The position numbers and the translations under genes were made by a program. A stretch of DNA of 64,000 nt, taken from positions 1,054,001-1,118,000 of the forward strand of contig MU063601.1 of NCBI GenBank assembly GCA_013265495.1. The letters are read 5' to 3'. This document shows positions 59,291 to 64,000 of the stretch, in pieces. Origin of the DNA: Vicugna vicugna (Eukaryota). The stretch's first letter is position 1. Every line of letters starts with the position of its first letter. Below the pieces are notes generated by a model that had not been told where the DNA came from, did not search any database, and saw only the letters and a program-made list of their open reading frames with translations.

Positions 59291-60639
59291 TGATGGTTGA
59301 TGAGGGTTGATGGTAAAACTACAGTCCATGTTTTGGGTATTTTTTTTTTCAGGGCATTTCAGCATCAGATGAGGCCCTGGGTACTTGTTCACTTCCCAGA
59401 ATCAGAGTCTTTGGAAACAATATTTCTATTAATGCATTTGAATTAGGAGTCTGTCCCTCTCCCCCTCCCCACCCCCAGCCCTCTCTTGGCCTCTAGAAAT
59501 GGTCTCTGCTGGTTCAGATCCCCAACTGGCCCCCTTTTCTGATGGATTGTGGTGTTGAGGAGGCATTTCCGGTCCCCTCACTGCTCACGGTCCCTGCACC
59601 TGTGAGCATGCCCCGTGCCCAAACCGAGCACGCGTGTGCGCGTGCTCGTGTGTGGCTGTGGGAACTGGAGGCTGTTCTGAGAGGGGCCCTCCGCCCACCA
59701 CACGGGACTGATTTGCTCTCGGATGAATCTCTTTAATCACCCTTTCTGAACTCAAATGAAGTTTAATTTTAGCTGGAGGAAAAATAATTAAGGCTTGTAG
59801 AACCCTGTTGCGAATGGCCCTCCAGGGCTCCCAGCAGAGCTGCCCGTCTGAGTTTTTATCATTTTTGGGTCTTAGTCAAAGTCTCCCTCTGTGAGCCATT
59901 GGCCACTTAGCACTTGTTAATGGATCTAACTTCAGCAGGCTGGAGGTGTTTTCTTGGAATTGATCTTCCTGTGAAAAGTAGGCTTTGGAGACATGAAATA
60001 ACCATCAGAGAGCCTTAAATAAATCCCACTATATCAAGAGTTGAAAACACTGTGCTTGAAACACACGCTTCGCGGCAAATGCGGGGCTGTGGTGTTTCCC
60101 CACAGGGAGGGCGAGGAAGGGGTCCCTTTTGGCTGTTCTCCAGGGGAACAAGAATTCCTGCTTCATTTTCTTGGCCACAGGATGTGGTGTTTTCTGAGTC
60201 CCCAATCCAGCTCTGCCCACACAGGAGGGAGGTGACTGAGTCACTCTCCTCCCCTCTGGGGATTGATGGCTTTGCCCTGAGAAGGGAGGTGGAGAGGGGT
60301 CCTATTCTCTCCTCAGCCCTTCCCCCCATCTGCCTCCTCCCTCCTGGGCCCTGTCTGCTGAAATGAGCCCAGAGACCCTGGGAAGAGGGGTGCAGGGGCC
60401 CCAATTCTCTAGGAACGTGGTTGTGTGGCGATATCTCACCAGGGGTGGGAGAACAGAGATGAGCTCACCTGCCCCTCTTGTCCGCCCCTTCCCTGACACG
60501 GGCCCCGGGAGGGGCTCCATCCCTCTAGACACTCAGTTAGCTGACGTGTGTGGAGGGCAGCCCGTGCCCGGCTCTGTGCCGGGACTAGAGATTCAGGCAG
60601 GTGCTTTTCTCCACCTCACTCTGCACACAGTGAGGCCAC

Positions 60640-60900
60640 GGCAGCCTCTGCCCTGCACTCTTTCCCCTCTGTCCCCTTGCCCTGCCTTGTGTACCTTTAG
60701 CGTGTGTCACCACCTGCCTCTGGACACAGCTGTGTCTGTTCACAACTGCCTTCCCACCGAATGTCGGCTCCAGGAGGACAAGCCTTTCCCTGTCCAACTC
60801 AGAGCTGTGTCCCTGAGCCTGGGACAGCTCCTGGCATGTAGTGGACACTCCTGGCATTTAGTGGACATGTCGGACAGGCTCTAGTGGCAGGAACAAGAGG
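60640..60900 (+). mobile_element. L2 3' fragment
   Basis: gaatgtcggctccaggaggacaag...gtgtccctgagcctgggacagctcctggcatgtagtggacactc. Confidence 0.6.
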
Positions 60901-61730
60901 CACAGAGTTGCAGGTGTCCTCAGGGAGGTCTCCTTCCTTGGTGTGTGAAGGCAAGTACCCAGGGGACACAGTGGCTAGGGGCCACCCACAGCATCTGCTA
61001 CAATCATAAGAGCATCCTGTGCATGGAGCATCTGGGTTCTGAACCAGCAAACTCCACCCTCCCTTGACCAAGAGCAACCCAGCCCCCATCAGTGACAACT
61101 GTCCTCCTACTGCCACCCGGCCACTTGGATCTGCCTGACCCCTGCCTGCGTCAACCAAGAGGGGAGAGAGGGCTCAGCTTGTCACTGACTTGCTCTCTGC
61201 TTGGCATGGGCTCAGCTTCCCATGGTGCCCTGTTGGTGGAGTTGGGCATTTTGCAGCCTTTGGTGAGGCAGTGGCAGAGGGGCTGGGGCCTTGGCCTGGC
61301 CATCCCCAAGCCTCTCGGAGAGGCTGCTCCTTTCTGAAACCTGGCAGTGTTACATTTAAAGGCTATTCTTCCCGACAGGGAAGCTTTGATGAGTTGTGTG
61401 CTTTGAACCTCCTGGTTGATGACGATGGGCTGGAGCAGGTGAGACACCTGCTAACAAAACAAGAGCAGCCCGGGTCCCAGGGCCGGATCCAGTGGGCACC
61501 TAGTGGAGCACAGGAGCCCCGGGGCAGCCTTGGGGCTGGTCAGGAATGAGGGACACAGGCTGGTGCAGGTGCCGAGGCCTATGGGTCAAGGTGGAGTTCA
61601 AGGCCAGTGACAGAGGCCTCTAGAGACCCAGGGGGAGTGACTCCTGTGTCTGGGCTCAGCACAGGGTGAGTGTGCAGCCTGAGCCCGGCCAGGGTGGGTG
61701 AGGGTAGCAAGGCCCCAGTCAGGAAATCTA

Positions 61731-61798
61731 CAGGGCCAGGGGGATGCAGAGTTTTGATTGGCCAGGGCCAGGGGGATGCAGAGTTTTGATTGGCCAGG
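61731..61798. repeat. perfect 32-bp tandem duplication
   Basis: cagggccagggggatgcagagttttgattggc occurs twice (61731-61762 and 61763-61794), followed by cagg. Confidence 0.97.
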
Positions 61799-61886
61799 CC
61801 CAGGTCACACGGTCCAGCCCTGGCTCCAAGGGTGGAGCCCATCCCAGCCACATGGAAGGAGAATGGAGGAGGGGCAGATTCTAAAT

Positions 61887-61910
61887 AAAAAAAAAAAAAA
61901 AAAAAAAAAA
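61887..61910. repeat. poly(A)24 tract
   Basis: Read directly from the sequence. Confidence 0.97.
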
Positions 61911-63719
61911 TACATCAAACCACAGGTCCATAAATGGCAAGAGGGGACAGATGGGGGCAGGGAGAGGGAGGAAACCCCAGGTACCTACTACAGGGGAGGC
62001 CAGGGTCAAGAATCAGGAAATGAGGGTGTGGGTCCTGAGTGTCCGAGTGGGGTTTGGAAAATTATAGGCTTTAGACCAGCGGTCGGTTCCCAGCTCTGTG
62101 AACACCTCTCTGAGTCTCGCTTCTGCCTCAGCTAAATGGGGGTGACAGTCCCCCCTCCCCAGCCTCAACTGGCAGGGCTGCTGTGGGATTGGACTCAGTG
62201 TGTTCATGACGCCAGGCTCATGGGGGCTCACCTGGAGGATGAGGCAGAGAGCACTGTGGAGGGAGCCGGGAGGACTTGGCTGTGGGGTCTCTGGATGGCG
62301 TCTCTCCATCCCCCCGCTGCCTGAAGGGCTCTGGAGGGGAAAGGGCCTGTGTGAGGAGAATCACGGCATCCTGTGGGGAGGAGACCTGGGTGTGGCCCAG
62401 GCCCCCAGTCTCCCAGAAGAGACACACAGTCTCCCCATCCTCGGTCGTCCCCAGCCCCAGCGGTGACAGACACTGAGCAGGTCGGCCCTGCTTGGTTCCC
62501 ATTAGCCCTTCAGACCCATAACTCCCTCCCCCATGTAACTGCCCTCGGCTCAGCCTTTTGCCTGCGGAGGAGGACCTTCTCTAGTACCAGCAAACAGAAG
62601 AAAAAGGGAGGGCCCCCCACGTCCAAGTGCACACGAATCAGCCCACTCTGAGGTTTGCTGAGCCCACCGCCTTTCTCCCCCAGTGTTCACCAGCCTCCAC
62701 CCCAATTAGGTGACTTTGCCTGGCTTCTTTGGCCCCTTTGGGGTGGCTAGAATCAGACGGGCTATGCAGACATGGAAGCGATCCCTCCAGGCTCCTCTGG
62801 CTGAACCCAATGCCCGAGCTCCTGGGGGTCAGAGCCAGGTGGGCCTCTGTCACCTAGCTCAGTGGGCAACTGGACAGGCAGGGCTCACAGGGGAAAGTGG
62901 TAAGAGTGCAGGGGGAAGCGGTGACACAGAGTCAGGTGGGTCAGGATGGCAGTGAGGAGGGAGGAGACCTTCCCCATAGAAGGGGACGCGGCCAGAGGAG
63001 AGCACCTGGGAGGTCCTGGGGCAGCAAGCAGTGGCTCTGAAAGTGTCACAGGCAAGAAAGGCGGAAGGGCAGCAGCTGTGTGGTGAAGGTCACTGCCAGA
63101 GAAGGGTGGGCTGTTTCAGCAGGTGACCAGGGCCCAGGGCTCCCTCTGACAGGTGCGTTCCCAGCCTGGGTGGCACAGTGAATTCCAGAACCTGCCAGTG
63201 GCAGGGCTTGAGCCACTCATATGCTTCCTTGTTCATGCATTGATGTGACAAGTGTTTACTGAGGGCCTCCTATGTGCTGGGTACTGGGACATATTGGTCA
63301 CCCAGGTGTATGTGCGATCTTTGGTGGTGGTGGTGGGCTTCGTCCCTGACAGAGGATAATGGCTATTATGGGGTCTGTTTGCATCCAAGGGAGTCATGAG
63401 GTCAAGAACCAAGTCTTTTGTGTTTACCTCCTGGACTGAGTCTCTCCTTGAAGGAAATAAGCAGGGCAGGCACATTATAGAGGTACCAGCCGCATGCTCT
63501 TGACGGGAGAAGGGAGAGTGTGGTGTCAGGAAGGGCCTGGCTGTCAGGGCAGGATGTGCTGAGAAATAAATGGAGACTCCTCAGTTGCCAGGCTGCTGCT
63601 GGCAGTGAGAAGCACCCTCGCCCCCTCCCGTCTCATCTTTGCACTTTCCTCTGAGAGCGCTGGGAGGTGGGGAGCTGGGGAGGGAGCCCTAGAGGAGGAG
63701 TCAGGCACACAGGGATTCC

Positions 63720-64000
63720 CCTCTTCTCTGCTGTGCAAATTTGGGCAAGTTGGTTCCCCTCTCTGGGCTTCAGTTTCTTCATCTATAGATGGGATCAGCT
63801 CCTCCCTCCCAGGCTGGTTGTGGAATGTGCCCTAAAAGCTGTACAAATGGACAGTCAGGTGTGGAGGGGCAGTGAGGGCAGTGGTCAAAGGCAGAAGGCA
63901 TCAGTCAGTCACTCAAATCTGTGAGATTGGGCAAATTTATTACCTTTGCAGGGTCTCGACTCCTTCAGTTGTAGAATGGGGCTAGTATAGCCTTTTCCTT
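63720..64000 (+). mobile_element. two MIR fragments
   Basis: ttgggcaagttgg...ctgggcttcagtttcttcatctatagatggg; ttgggcaaatttatt...tcagttgtagaatgggg. Confidence 0.7.

Larger units (their letters stand above)
61700..61940. mobile_element. MaLR LTR fragment (MLT1K-like)
   Basis: gccagggggatg...tgattggccaggcccaggtcacac...ccctgg...gggtggagccc...cagccacatgga...acaggtcca. Confidence 0.7.

Noticed and set aside
1-64000. Six-frame ORFs (60-176 aa) as protein-coding genes
   Set aside because: They are short, overlapping on both strands, of low-complexity GC-driven composition, mostly inside MIR/L2/LTR repeats, and show no recognisable domains other than L1 remnants.

Overview
Mammalian nuclear DNA, very probably camelid (camel/alpaca/llama), inferred from two tRNA-derived SINEs of the camelid Vic-1 type and cetartiodactyl-type L1 3' ends. 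The window is GC-rich, CpG-depleted and dominated by interspersed repeats: many MIR and L2 fragments, old MaLR LTRs, two ERV1-type solo LTRs, hAT MITEs (MER20/MER58/MER81-like), a CR1/L3 fragment and several L1 remnants. Four N-gaps all lie inside the younger L1 copies. I can support no protein-coding gene, RNA gene or CRISPR array. The only ORF-track peptides I recognise are decayed L1 ORF1/ORF2 fragments. Between the repeats are several short AT-richer unique blocks dense in developmental transcription-factor motifs, which look like enhancers or conserved non-coding elements, so the window is best read as intergenic or large-intron regulatory DNA. I see no evidence of a new biological system. 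The most worthwhile leads are: a templated 33-bp insertion flanked by a duplication (18.3-19.2 kb); an internally deleted L1 with both ends and a TSD; candidate enhancers at about 24, 36, 55 and 59.8 kb; a TATA/GC-box promoter-like patch at 28.9 kb; and two candidate unannotated exons. Repeat subfamily names come from recalled consensus sequences and need RepeatMasker/Dfam confirmation. Most repeat boundaries are approximate.
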